Translations under genes and position numbers: made by a program | In this document: in pieces, positions 51,915-60,377 of the stretch | Layout: every line of letters begins with the position of its first letter | How positions within the stretch are numbered: the first letter of the stretch is position 1 | The notes under the pieces: generated by a model | The model's input: the letters and a program-made list of their open reading frames with translations, nothing else | Told to the model about the DNA's origin: nothing | Database searches by the model: none | DNA from: Chthoniobacterales bacterium | GTDB lineage: Bacteria; Verrucomicrobiota; Verrucomicrobiia; Chthoniobacterales; JAFAMB01 | Direction of reading: 5' to 3' | Assembly (NCBI GenBank): GCA_036401335.1 | Contig: DASWVC010000054.1 | Coordinates: 411-64,410, forward strand | DNA length: 64,000 nucleotides

Positions 51915-53504
51915 ATGAGGAATGAGCAAACGGCAGAAATCGGAAACGGGCTGAGAACCCACACGGTCTTTACACACGTGCTGGTGGAAAAAGCGGAACT
52001 TTACCGCATGATCCTCGAGGGCTTTGTTCGGGCACGCGAGCAGTTCATTACCCACCTACGACCAGCGGAGGTTGCGCGTGAGATCGGGTGCAACGACGAG
52101 GAAGCGGAGAACGCCTTGCGCAAACTCCAGCAATGGGGAAACGTTGAAGCCACCCAGGATTCGGCTGAAGCCGTTTCAATCGACGAATTTTACCGGAGCC
52201 GGTTCCTTTACGCGCTTTCGGCGGCGGGCGAAGCGGCTGAGCGGGCGCTGGCGATTTTCGAAGAAACGCTGCATCGGCCCGGAGAGTTGCAAACGGCAGC
52301 ATTGCGCGACATCACCGAATTCCTTGAAGGCATCCGGGTCCTGTTGGCCGGCGCGGAACCTGACGTGCCCAAATTGCACACGCAATTGTTGGGTTTGACC
52401 GAGCGCTTCCGGAACCTGACGAACCGGGCGCAGGCTTTCATGCGAGATCTCCAGAGCACGGTGCAGCTTCACGGGATGAGCGTGGAACAGTTCCTCGGGT
52501 ACAAACAGCTGCTGATCGACTACCTGGAACGGTTCCTACGAGACCTCGTGCTCGCCACCAATGAGATTTCCCAGAAGATCCTGCTTCTCGAGCAAGCGGG
52601 CATCCGTGATCAATTCGGGCCGGTGGCACGGCGTTCGTTGGCCGATGCCCTGACCCGTACGCGGGAGATGGAAGAGCGGGAAATCGCAAGCTGGGAAGGG
52701 CGCTGGCACGGGTTGCGGCGTTGGTTCCTGGGCGAACCGGGCGTCCTTTCGCAGTCCGAGATTCTCCGAGCACGCGCCCGGGAGGCAATCCCTGCCCTGC
52801 TTTTTACGTTGCAGAACATCAACGATCAGCGCGTCACCCGGAGCGACCGCTTTACCGACTGGCAGACGCTTGCGGTCTGGTTTGCGGAGACCGCCACCGA
52901 TGAAGAGGCGCACCGTCTCTGGCGGGTGGCGTTCGGGCTGGCACCGGCGAGGCACCTCCAGATCAATCAGGAGACACTTGACCTCTGGGACCAGGCGGGT
53001 GACGGACCGCGGACGCCATGGCTGGCGGCGGAGCCCCTCCGGATCAGCCCGCGCCTGCGCGTGAACGGACGTTTGGTGGTCCGAAGCCAGGCCACGGCGG
53101 TCGTAGATCGGGGCAGAGAGAAGGCGGAGCTCGCTCGTCTGGCTGCCGACGAAGCGGTGCAGATTGCCCGCGCACAGCGGGAACTGGCGCTTAACCGACC
53201 GCTGCGCCTGACGGATTTCGGCAGATTGGACACTCCGGCGTTTTACCTTTTGCTTGACCTGCTGGGAGAGGCGCTGGCGATGCGGACCGACCCTCGCGAA
53301 CCCGTGGAAGCTGCCTCAATGGATGGCGCGCTGCTCGTTCGTCTCGGCCCGGAGGACGACCCAGTGCGTTTGGCCGAGATCGTTACCACCACCGGCGTGC
53401 TGCGCGGGCCCGATTGCGAAGTGACAATTTCGTATGCTCACCTTACCCCGGCCGCCAAGATGGTGGCCGGGGAATCAAGGTGGCCGGAGGCGCCGGGGCT
53501 ATAA
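51915..53504 (+). CDS. jetA: JetA-like subunit (TIGR02677/DUF2397-like) of an SMC-type defence operon
   Basis: ORF 51858-53504; start taken at MRNEQ (51915). Helical, with no catalytic motif. N-terminal FTHVLVEKAELYRMILEGF resembles, from memory, the DUF2397 N-terminus. First gene of the four-gene operon. Confidence 0.6.
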   Translation: MRNEQTAEIGNGLRTHTVFTHVLVEKAELYRMILEGFVRAREQFITHLRPAEVAREIGCNDEEAENALRKLQQWGNVEATQDSAEAVSIDEFYRSRFLYALSAAGEAAERALAIFEETLHRPGELQTAALRDITEFLEGIRVLLAGAEPDVPKLHTQLLGLTERFRNLTNRAQAFMRDLQSTVQLHGMSVEQFLGYKQLLIDYLERFLRDLVLATNEISQKILLLEQAGIRDQFGPVARRSLADALTRTREMEEREIASWEGRWHGLRRWFLGEPGVLSQSEILRARAREAIPALLFTLQNINDQRVTRSDRFTDWQTLAVWFAETATDEEAHRLWRVAFGLAPARHLQINQETLDLWDQAGDGPRTPWLAAEPLRISPRLRVNGRLVVRSQATAVVDRGREKAELARLAADEAVQIARAQRELALNRPLRLTDFGRLDTPAFYLLLDLLGEALAMRTDPREPVEAASMDGALLVRLGPEDDPVRLAEIVTTTGVLRGPDCEVTISYAHLTPAAKMVAGESRWPEAPGL

Positions 53505-53505
53505 C

Positions 53506-54810
53506 GTGTTAAGCGACCCAGATCGTATGGCCGACCGGAGGTCCCTTCCGGGTGCAAGCACGGGGCGGCCGACGCGCCAACGGCTGGCTGGGCTGGGATC
53601 AACCATTAACGCGCAAGAGCGGGACGAGCGTCAACGCGCCGTCCGCGCACTTCTGAGCGAGCCGCTGCTTTCCCCGGGAGGTTCAGAGGCGTTTACCCTT
53701 GTACAGAAGCACCGGGACTTTCTGCGTCTCTGGTTTGCCCACCACGCAGGCTGGCAGCTCGTTCTGGACGCAGAATCCGCTCGACTGATCAAACGACCCG
53801 CCCGGCTTGACGACGCGACGCGCCCCTGCCGCGAGCCCAACTCCGGGGCTGCGCTGAGCAGGCGCGCCTACGTGATTCTCTGCCTTGCCTTGGCGTCACT
53901 GGTGCGCGCCGATCGTCAGACGACTTTGATCCGGCTGCGAGACTTGATCCTTGGCCTCGTCCGAACCGAACCGCGGTTGGCCGCGGCAGGCCTTAGAATT
54001 GAACTCGACCACCAGGAATCGCGCCGGGATTTTGTGCATGCCATTCGCCTGCTCCTGGCGTGGCGGGTGTTGAAGCGTGTGCAGGGCGAGGAAGAGCATT
54101 TTATCAAAGATGCGGAAACTGACGCCCTCTACAACGTCCACCGGCCCACGCTTGCGCGGTTGCTCGCGGCGAGCCGGCCGCCTTCGCTCGTGAAGGCGCG
54201 AGAATTTCCGGAGCGACTTCGTGCGTTGGCCGAAGACGACCTTGCGGCCAACGCCGAGGAATCGGATCATCGGCACCTGCGGGTCCGTTTGTTCCGCCAG
54301 CTGCTTGACGACCCGGTGTTGTATTACGATGAATTGACCCAGGAAGAGCGGCAATACCTGGACCGGCAGCGCGGCTTTATCCTCCCGGAGATTGAAGCGG
54401 CGACTGGCCTCGTCCGCGAGGTGCGTGCTGAAGGGATCGCCATGGCCGATCCAAGCGGAAAGCTCAGTGACTATGGCCTTCCCGAGGAGGGAACGGACGG
54501 GCACCTTACCCTGTTGCTCGCCACCTTTCTGGCAGCCCGGCTCCGTGAATCGCCGGGCGCAAGCGTCACCTTTGCCGCCTTGGTTGCACGAACGCAGCAG
54601 TTCATCGTCACCCATCACCGCCATTGGCGCAAAGACGTGCGTGATTCCGGTCAGGATCGCGCGCTGACACGCACCGTCGTTGATCGGCTTTCTGCGCTGG
54701 GCCTGGCCCGCTGCGAAGGCGACCGGATCGTTCCCCTTCCGGCCATCGGACGCTACGGACTGCGGGAAGAGAGCGAGCCCGCATGGCCGGACGAAGGAGG
54801 GACGGAGTGA
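53506..54810 (+). CDS. jetB: JetB-like subunit (TIGR02678/DUF2398-like)
   Basis: ORF 53434-54810. Likely start is GTG 53506 (2 nt after the jetA stop) or ATG 53527. LLSEPLLSP...FTLVQKHRDFLRLWFAHHAGWQLVLDAESARLIKRP resembles, from memory, the DUF2398 pattern. No enzymatic motifs. Confidence 0.6.
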   Translation: MLSDPDRMADRRSLPGASTGRPTRQRLAGLGSTINAQERDERQRAVRALLSEPLLSPGGSEAFTLVQKHRDFLRLWFAHHAGWQLVLDAESARLIKRPARLDDATRPCREPNSGAALSRRAYVILCLALASLVRADRQTTLIRLRDLILGLVRTEPRLAAAGLRIELDHQESRRDFVHAIRLLLAWRVLKRVQGEEEHFIKDAETDALYNVHRPTLARLLAASRPPSLVKAREFPERLRALAEDDLAANAEESDHRHLRVRLFRQLLDDPVLYYDELTQEERQYLDRQRGFILPEIEAATGLVREVRAEGIAMADPSGKLSDYGLPEEGTDGHLTLLLATFLAARLRESPGASVTFAALVARTQQFIVTHHRHWRKDVRDSGQDRALTRTVVDRLSALGLARCEGDRIVPLPAIGRYGLREESEPAWPDEGGTE

Positions 54811-57800
54811 GCGACGAACTCTTTGGCGAGCCGTCCGGGGACGGAGCTTTCCCCCCGCGCATTCTCCCACGACCCACCCGGGAACGCTGGCAACCTTTGC
54901 GCAGCGGCCTTCTGAACATTTTCAAGTACGACGAAGAAGAATTCCTTTTTGAGGACGGAAGGCTGCTTCTGCGCGGAAACAATGGTGCCGGAAAATCGCG
55001 CGTGCTGGCGTTGCAGCTTCCCTTCCTGCTCGACGGTGAAATGGCTCCGCACCGGGTCGAGCCGGATGCAGACCCGGCGAAGCGGATGGAATGGAACCTT
55101 CTCATGAACAAACATGAGAACCGCCTTGGCTACACTTGGATCGAATTCGGCCGGCGGGATGCGGACGGTGTTGAGCGGTACCTTACGCTTGGTTGCGGCA
55201 TGCACGCCCGCAAAGGAACCGGCATCCCGCCGAATGGCCGCTGGTTCTTTATTACACCTCGGCGCGTGGGCGCAACGCTCCAACTGCTTTCGGGAAACCG
55301 TGTGCCGCTCAACCGGGAACGGCTCGAGGCAGTGCTGGGGCCAGGGGCGATTTACCGCAGCGCCCGTGAATACCGCGCCGCGGTGGATGCCGCGCTTTTC
55401 GGCCTGGGTGCGCGGTATGAGCCGCTGCTTGAACTGCTGATCCAGCTTCGCAAGCCGCAGATCATGCGGGATTTCAAAGCGGACGACCTGTCACGGCTGT
55501 TGAGTGAAGCCATGCCGCCGCTCTCGACCCGGCTGGTCGAGAACGTCTCGGTGTCGTTCCGCAGTCTGGATACCGATCGCCAGCAGCTTACCGAACTGAC
55601 CGATACGCGCCGCAGCGTGGAAACGTTTCTCAAGAGCTACCAGCATTACGTGCAGGTCGCGGTGCGCCGCCGGGCGGCTGAGGTCCGTGCAACGCACAGC
55701 CGGTTTGAAAGCGTGCAGCGGGAGCTCAAGCGGCTGCGGGACCAGCGTGATCAGATCGCCGCCGACCTGGTTGCTGCAGAGACGGACCAAAGACAGATCG
55801 AGGAGGCGCTGGCGGCGACCCGCGAAGCGGAAAGGACCCTGCTCGCCAGCCCGGAGATGAAAAATGCGGAAGCCTTGCGGCACGCCGCCGAAGCCAAGGA
55901 GGACCGGGTCAAACGCGCCACGGCGGCCGAAGAGTCTGCGCGCGAAGCGCGAAATGCGCACGGCCGGATGCGTCACGAAAGGGAGGAAGCCGAAGGGGTG
56001 GTGATGCGCGAGCGCCAGGCGGCTGATGTCCTCCATGCCGCCTTGACGGATGCTTGGAGATCGGCGGCGCTGGCGGACAACGCGCTGCCGCTGCGCGAAC
56101 CCGCGGAAAAAAATGCACGAACAGATTTTGACCGCACCGTTGCCGAACGCCGGCGGGTCATCCTGATTTTGCGTGAAAACAACTCGGTGGTGGCGCGAAA
56201 CGTTGACTTGCGGAAGCAGGAAGAGATCCGTTTCGAACAGCGGCGCGACGACGTGGCCCGGTGCGAGGAGGCGCTGGCCAATGCCCGAACTGAATGCGGG
56301 CAGGCTTTGGAAGACGCCCTGACCGGCATTCACCAATGGGAAGCGGCGTTGCAACTCTTGCCCATGACGAAAGGAGTGGATTGGCGTGTGCTCCTGGAAC
56401 GGTGGCTCGATGCGACGGGCCGGCCCTCTCCCTTGACCGAATACGTCGAGGCAGCGCATCGCTCGGCCGCGCAGACCGTGTTCGATGCGCGCAGCCGTCA
56501 AAAGACTGCCTTGGCGGAGCAAGCGACCGCGCGAAGGGAAGCGGCGGACGAACTTGACGGCCTCCGCGCCGGCCGTCAACCGGAGCCGCCGACCCCTCAC
56601 ACACGGATGGCTGACGCGCGCGCCGGCCGGCCGGGAGCTCCCTTTTGGAAACTATGCGGCTTTCGTGACCATGTCGCACCGGAGGACCGCGCCGGCTTTG
56701 AGGCAGCAGCCGAAGCGGCAGGGTTGCTCGACGCCTGGTTGACCCCGGACGGCGCGCTGATAAATGCTGGAACGCTCGACTGCTATTTCGTGGCTGCTGA
56801 CGGCCGGCGGGACGCGGGCCTGAACGCGGTGCTGTATGCGGAAGGCGAGATGACCGACGTCGTGGAGCGCGTCCTCGGCTGCATCGGCACCCATGAAAAT
56901 GAAGGCAAGAGCTGGCTTTCCCGTGATGGCCGCTGGCAGCACGGGCTGTTGCGGGGTGCCTGGCGTAAGCCGAAAGCGGAGTACCTCGGCCACGGCGCCC
57001 GTGAAGACGCCCGGCGCCAGCGAATGCAAGAACTCGAATCCGTCCTCGCGGCCATCGATCGTGTGGTCGCGCAGCACCAGCGCGAACTCGAGGACATTGC
57101 CCAGCGGGCAAAGGGGCTCGAGGCGGAACGCGCCGGGGTGCCCAGCCTCGCGCCGTTGCAGCGCGCCGCGCACACCCTGGAAGCTGCCGAACATTCCAGC
57201 GCGGAGGCGCGGGCACGGCTCGACGAGGTTGACCGGCTGCTGGCAACGGCCCGCGAAGGGGAGCGCGGCGCCTGCCAAAGGCGGGATCGAGATGCCGCCG
57301 ATCTTGGCCTGGCGGCGTGGAAAGAACCGGAAGCAGTCAGTCGCTTGGAAACGTTGCTTATCGAAGTCCGCCTGAAGGCGGCTGCGCTCTGGCCGGCCTG
57401 GGACGCTTTGCTTGCTGCAAATGCGGCGTTGTTAAAGGCGGGGATACGCGAACGGGAAGCCCAGCATGCGGCAGAGGCCGTCGCCGGCCGCTACGAGGAA
57501 GCACGGCAACTCGCGGCAGCCGCAACCGCCCACTTTGCCACTCTCCACGCTGCCATCGGGGCAACCGCCGATCAGGTATTGAGCCGGCTCGGCAGCGTGC
57601 GGCGCGAGCTGACCCACCTGGTCGAAGCCGAAAAAACAGGGCACCACCACATTGGAAAACTCAATGTTACCCGGGCCGTGGCCGTGAATGACGGAGAACG
57701 CGCTGAATCCGATCGCGTGGTCCGTGAATTGGAACGCGGCCATGCCATCGCCCGGCTGCAGCTCTTTGCGGAAAAGCGGCTCCTTGAGGAAACGGGCGTG

Positions 57801-58868
57801 AACCTGGGGCCCGATCCCGGGTTGCTGGCGCCCAGCGCGGCAGTGGACCTGGCCCGACAAATCGAGCAGGTTTTTGGGAGCGTTGCGGCGGATGAGGATG
57901 CCTGGAAACGCGTTCAAGCAGGCATCCAGCAGCAGTTCACCCAGCTCAACGACCACCTCGGCGCCCACGGGTACTACCCGCAAGCTGAAGTCGTTGATGA
58001 AGGGGTTTTTGCGATCACCTGCGCCTTTCATGGTCAGACTTGCACCATGACCGCATTGCGCCAGTCAATCTCCGACGAAATCCAGAGCCGCGAGCAGATG
58101 CTGAACGCGAGGGAGCGGGAAGTCATCGAGAACCACCTCATCGGCGAGGTGGCTACGGAGCTGCAGAACCTCATCCGGGCCGGTGAGGATTGGGTCCGCA
58201 CCGTCAATGAGGAGCTGGCCCAGAGGCCGACCAGCAGCGGCATCAAATTGCGCTTTAGTTGGGACGTGGATGCCGAGGCTTCCGCGGGGCTCGACGCAGC
58301 GCGGCGCCAACTGTTGAAAATGACCGCCGCCTGGTCACCGGCTGAACGCGACAGCATCGGGCGTTTTCTTCAGGATCGAATCAATGGTGAAAGGGCAGCG
58401 GATGAAAGCGCACCGTGGCAGGACCACCTGCACCGCGCCCTTGATTACCGGGCATGGCACCGGTTCGGCATCATGCGCTTCCAGGACGGCCAGTGGAAAA
58501 AGCTGACCAAACAGACTTACGGTACCGGCTCGGGTGGGGAGAAAGCCCTGACCCTGATGCTCCCGCAATTTGCCGCCGCGGCCGCGCATTACCGGAGCGC
58601 CTCGCCCCACGCGCCGCGATTGATTCTGCTCGATGAGGTTTTCATCGGCATTGACGCTCCGACCCGGGCACGCCTGATGGGGCTGCTTACGAGCTTTGAA
58701 TTGGATTTTGTGATGACGAGTGAACGCGAATGGGGGTGCTACTCAACCCTTCCGGCGTTGTCGATCTGCCAGCTCGCTTCTCACCCTGACTCACCCGCGG
58801 TTCACGTCACCCGCTGGGTGTGGAATGGACGCCAGTTGTCGACGCACCCCAATGGATCATCCGTCTGA
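54807..58868 (+). CDS. jetC: JetC-like SMC/Rad50-type ABC ATPase (TIGR02680-like)
   Basis: ORF 54783-58868. Preferred start is GTG 54807, overlapping the jetB TGA (GTGA) and preceded by GAAGGAGGG. Walker A GNNGAGKS (54975-54998), signature-like SGGEK (58530-58544), Walker B RLILLDE (58617-58637). About 1170 residues of A/E/R/L/Q-rich coiled coil lie between them, with a central non-heptad segment. Confidence 0.8.
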   Translation: MSDELFGEPSGDGAFPPRILPRPTRERWQPLRSGLLNIFKYDEEEFLFEDGRLLLRGNNGAGKSRVLALQLPFLLDGEMAPHRVEPDADPAKRMEWNLLMNKHENRLGYTWIEFGRRDADGVERYLTLGCGMHARKGTGIPPNGRWFFITPRRVGATLQLLSGNRVPLNRERLEAVLGPGAIYRSAREYRAAVDAALFGLGARYEPLLELLIQLRKPQIMRDFKADDLSRLLSEAMPPLSTRLVENVSVSFRSLDTDRQQLTELTDTRRSVETFLKSYQHYVQVAVRRRAAEVRATHSRFESVQRELKRLRDQRDQIAADLVAAETDQRQIEEALAATREAERTLLASPEMKNAEALRHAAEAKEDRVKRATAAEESAREARNAHGRMRHEREEAEGVVMRERQAADVLHAALTDAWRSAALADNALPLREPAEKNARTDFDRTVAERRRVILILRENNSVVARNVDLRKQEEIRFEQRRDDVARCEEALANARTECGQALEDALTGIHQWEAALQLLPMTKGVDWRVLLERWLDATGRPSPLTEYVEAAHRSAAQTVFDARSRQKTALAEQATARREAADELDGLRAGRQPEPPTPHTRMADARAGRPGAPFWKLCGFRDHVAPEDRAGFEAAAEAAGLLDAWLTPDGALINAGTLDCYFVAADGRRDAGLNAVLYAEGEMTDVVERVLGCIGTHENEGKSWLSRDGRWQHGLLRGAWRKPKAEYLGHGAREDARRQRMQELESVLAAIDRVVAQHQRELEDIAQRAKGLEAERAGVPSLAPLQRAAHTLEAAEHSSAEARARLDEVDRLLATAREGERGACQRRDRDAADLGLAAWKEPEAVSRLETLLIEVRLKAAALWPAWDALLAANAALLKAGIREREAQHAAEAVAGRYEEARQLAAAATAHFATLHAAIGATADQVLSRLGSVRRELTHLVEAEKTGHHHIGKLNVTRAVAVNDGERAESDRVVRELERGHAIARLQLFAEKRLLEETGVNLGPDPGLLAPSAAVDLARQIEQVFGSVAADEDAWKRVQAGIQQQFTQLNDHLGAHGYYPQAEVVDEGVFAITCAFHGQTCTMTALRQSISDEIQSREQMLNAREREVIENHLIGEVATELQNLIRAGEDWVRTVNEELAQRPTSSGIKLRFSWDVDAEASAGLDAARRQLLKMTAAWSPAERDSIGRFLQDRINGERAADESAPWQDHLHRALDYRAWHRFGIMRFQDGQWKKLTKQTYGTGSGGEKALTLMLPQFAAAAAHYRSASPHAPRLILLDEVFIGIDAPTRARLMGLLTSFELDFVMTSEREWGCYSTLPALSICQLASHPDSPAVHVTRWVWNGRQLSTHPNGSSV

Positions 58869-60105
58869 CCCGGAGCGCCTCCGCCTGCTTTTCGACCGCC
58901 CCAGCCTCAGGTGGATTGTCGACCGACTGGCCGTGCGGCAGGCCAGGGAGCGTCCGCTGCGCGGGATCCTGGTGCGTGGAGGCGCCACCGCCGAGGAACG
59001 CCGTGCCGTCGATGACCTCCTCGGCCGGAAGAGCACGACCGGGAACAATCTAAGTCTCACCCTCGAAGCGCTGGAGGAGGCTCTGCGGGAGGCCGGCCTG
59101 CTTCAAGAGTTGGGTGAAGTGGTTACGGCATGCCGCGGGCCGGCGGCAAACCGCCGCGAAGAAGCGGCGCGGCGGCGTTCCGAATGGGATGGGGTATTTG
59201 ACGCGGTCCGGACGCGTTGCGCCGGACGGCCCGGGCTGCTCCGCTGGGTCGATGACGTGCACCGGCAAGGAGTGTTGAAGCGAATGGTCAAAGGTGGCCC
59301 AACGGCCGCTGCCGGCCTCCTTGACCGTGCTCTGAAAGTTATCGAACGGTTTCCCTGCCCAGGCGTTTTGCTCGCCAACCTCGCCGCTGAATGCCTGGGC
59401 GACAGCCATGCCTTGGACCGCGGTCAGCCTGCGGGCACGCTTTGCCTGCGCGCGATCGAGGTTTTACACGGCATTGATGGACTGCGCAGCGCCGATGCGC
59501 GGCGGCAAGCCTGGAGCGCAGCCGGCGTGATCATCGACGATCTCAGCGCTCCGGTCCTCGCCTTCAACCTGCGCGGAACGAGCGGCTCAGCGCTGGAAGC
59601 ATTCCTTGAGCTTTACCGCCGGCACGGCCTGCCGGGATTTTTCACTTACCGCCAGCTTCAAACCTCGGATGCGTTTCTGCCCCTTCATCCCTCGATGCGG
59701 AAGGTCTTTGTCTGCGAAAACCCGAGCGTTGTCAGTGCCGCGGCCCGCGAGATCGGGACCAAGTGCCTTCCCCTGGTCTGCACCAATGGCCAACCCGCCT
59801 CCGCCGTGCACTTGCTTCTGACCCGACTGCAGCAGGCCGGAGCTCAGGTGCATGCGCACGCCGATTTTGACTGGGCAGGGCTGCGCATCGTTGATCAACT
59901 GGTGCGGGAACACGCAGTGCTCCCCTGGCGAATGGACGCGGGGGAATACTTTGCCGCTGCCGGCACCGCGCCTCTGGAGCCGCAGCCCTTTTCCGCAGCC
60001 TGGGCACCAGACTTGTCAGAGGCACTTCGCCGGCGCGGCAAAGCCGTTTTCGAGGAGCAGGTCGTAGGTTCGCTGCTCAGCGACCTTGGCCAGGAACAAA
60101 CCTGA
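58852..60105 (+). CDS. jetD: JetD-like Toprim-type nuclease subunit (TIGR02679/DUF2399-like)
   Basis: ORF 58720-60105; start taken at ATG 58852 (17-nt overlap with jetC; ATG 58825 is an alternative). The C-terminal domain has VFVCENPS (Glu at 59716-59718) and HADFDWAG (Asp at 59863-59865 and 59869-59871), a Toprim-like E...DxD arrangement. Confidence 0.7.
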   Translation: MDHPSDPERLRLLFDRPSLRWIVDRLAVRQARERPLRGILVRGGATAEERRAVDDLLGRKSTTGNNLSLTLEALEEALREAGLLQELGEVVTACRGPAANRREEAARRRSEWDGVFDAVRTRCAGRPGLLRWVDDVHRQGVLKRMVKGGPTAAAGLLDRALKVIERFPCPGVLLANLAAECLGDSHALDRGQPAGTLCLRAIEVLHGIDGLRSADARRQAWSAAGVIIDDLSAPVLAFNLRGTSGSALEAFLELYRRHGLPGFFTYRQLQTSDAFLPLHPSMRKVFVCENPSVVSAAAREIGTKCLPLVCTNGQPASAVHLLLTRLQQAGAQVHAHADFDWAGLRIVDQLVREHAVLPWRMDAGEYFAAAGTAPLEPQPFSAAWAPDLSEALRRRGKAVFEEQVVGSLLSDLGQEQT

Positions 60106-60184
60106 ACCGGATACACGCCTTCTGCCGTGACGGCCTGCAGCCGTTCCGGGCTCCGTCGACCGCGGGATAAGGCGTGACCCCGCC

Positions 60185-60298
60185 AATGCCACAAGCCGAA
60201 AAATGAGAGGATGCCACAGATGGCGGCCCGGAGAAGAACAGCCGAACGTGGCCCTTGAACCATTCGTGGCATTTTGCGGTTCTTCGGTTTGTGGCATT
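60185..60298. repeat. nested inverted repeat carrying four ATGCCACA / TGTGGCAT motifs
   Basis: Outer arms AATGCCACAAGCCGAA (60185-60200) and TTCGGTTTGTGGCATT (60283-60298) match 15/16 as inverse complements. Inner arms GATGCCACAGATGG (60210-60223) and CCATTCGTGGCATT (60260-60273). Confidence 0.7.
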
Positions 60299-60349
60299 CT
60301 TCCACCCCGTCACGCCGACACCCCGATACCTTCTTCGCGGGCGCTCCCC

Positions 60350-60377
60350 GGGCGCTTGAGGACAAGCTCCCCTACCG
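60350..60377 (+). repeat. GGACAAGCTCCCCTACC repeat core, copy 5
   Basis: GGGCGCTTGAGGACAAGCTCCCCTACCG. Overlaps the stop-codon region of the convergent ABC permease gene. Confidence 0.8.

Noticed and set aside
53896-54870. 324-aa minus-strand ORF opposite jetB
   Set aside because: Antisense artefact. It would conflict with the tightly coupled plus-strand operon.
55491-57246. Minus-strand ORFs of 369 aa and 362 aa (55491-56600, 56158-57246) inside jetC
   Set aside because: They are antisense to the coiled-coil region. Their Arg/Pro/Ala-rich translations are the mirror of GAG/GCG/CGC-rich codons and are not credible genes.
58720-58851. Upstream start for jetD giving a 149-nt overlap with jetC
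   Set aside because: The extra 44 residues are encoded in an alternative frame of the conserved jetC C-terminus. ATG 58852 (or 58825) gives a normal coupled junction.
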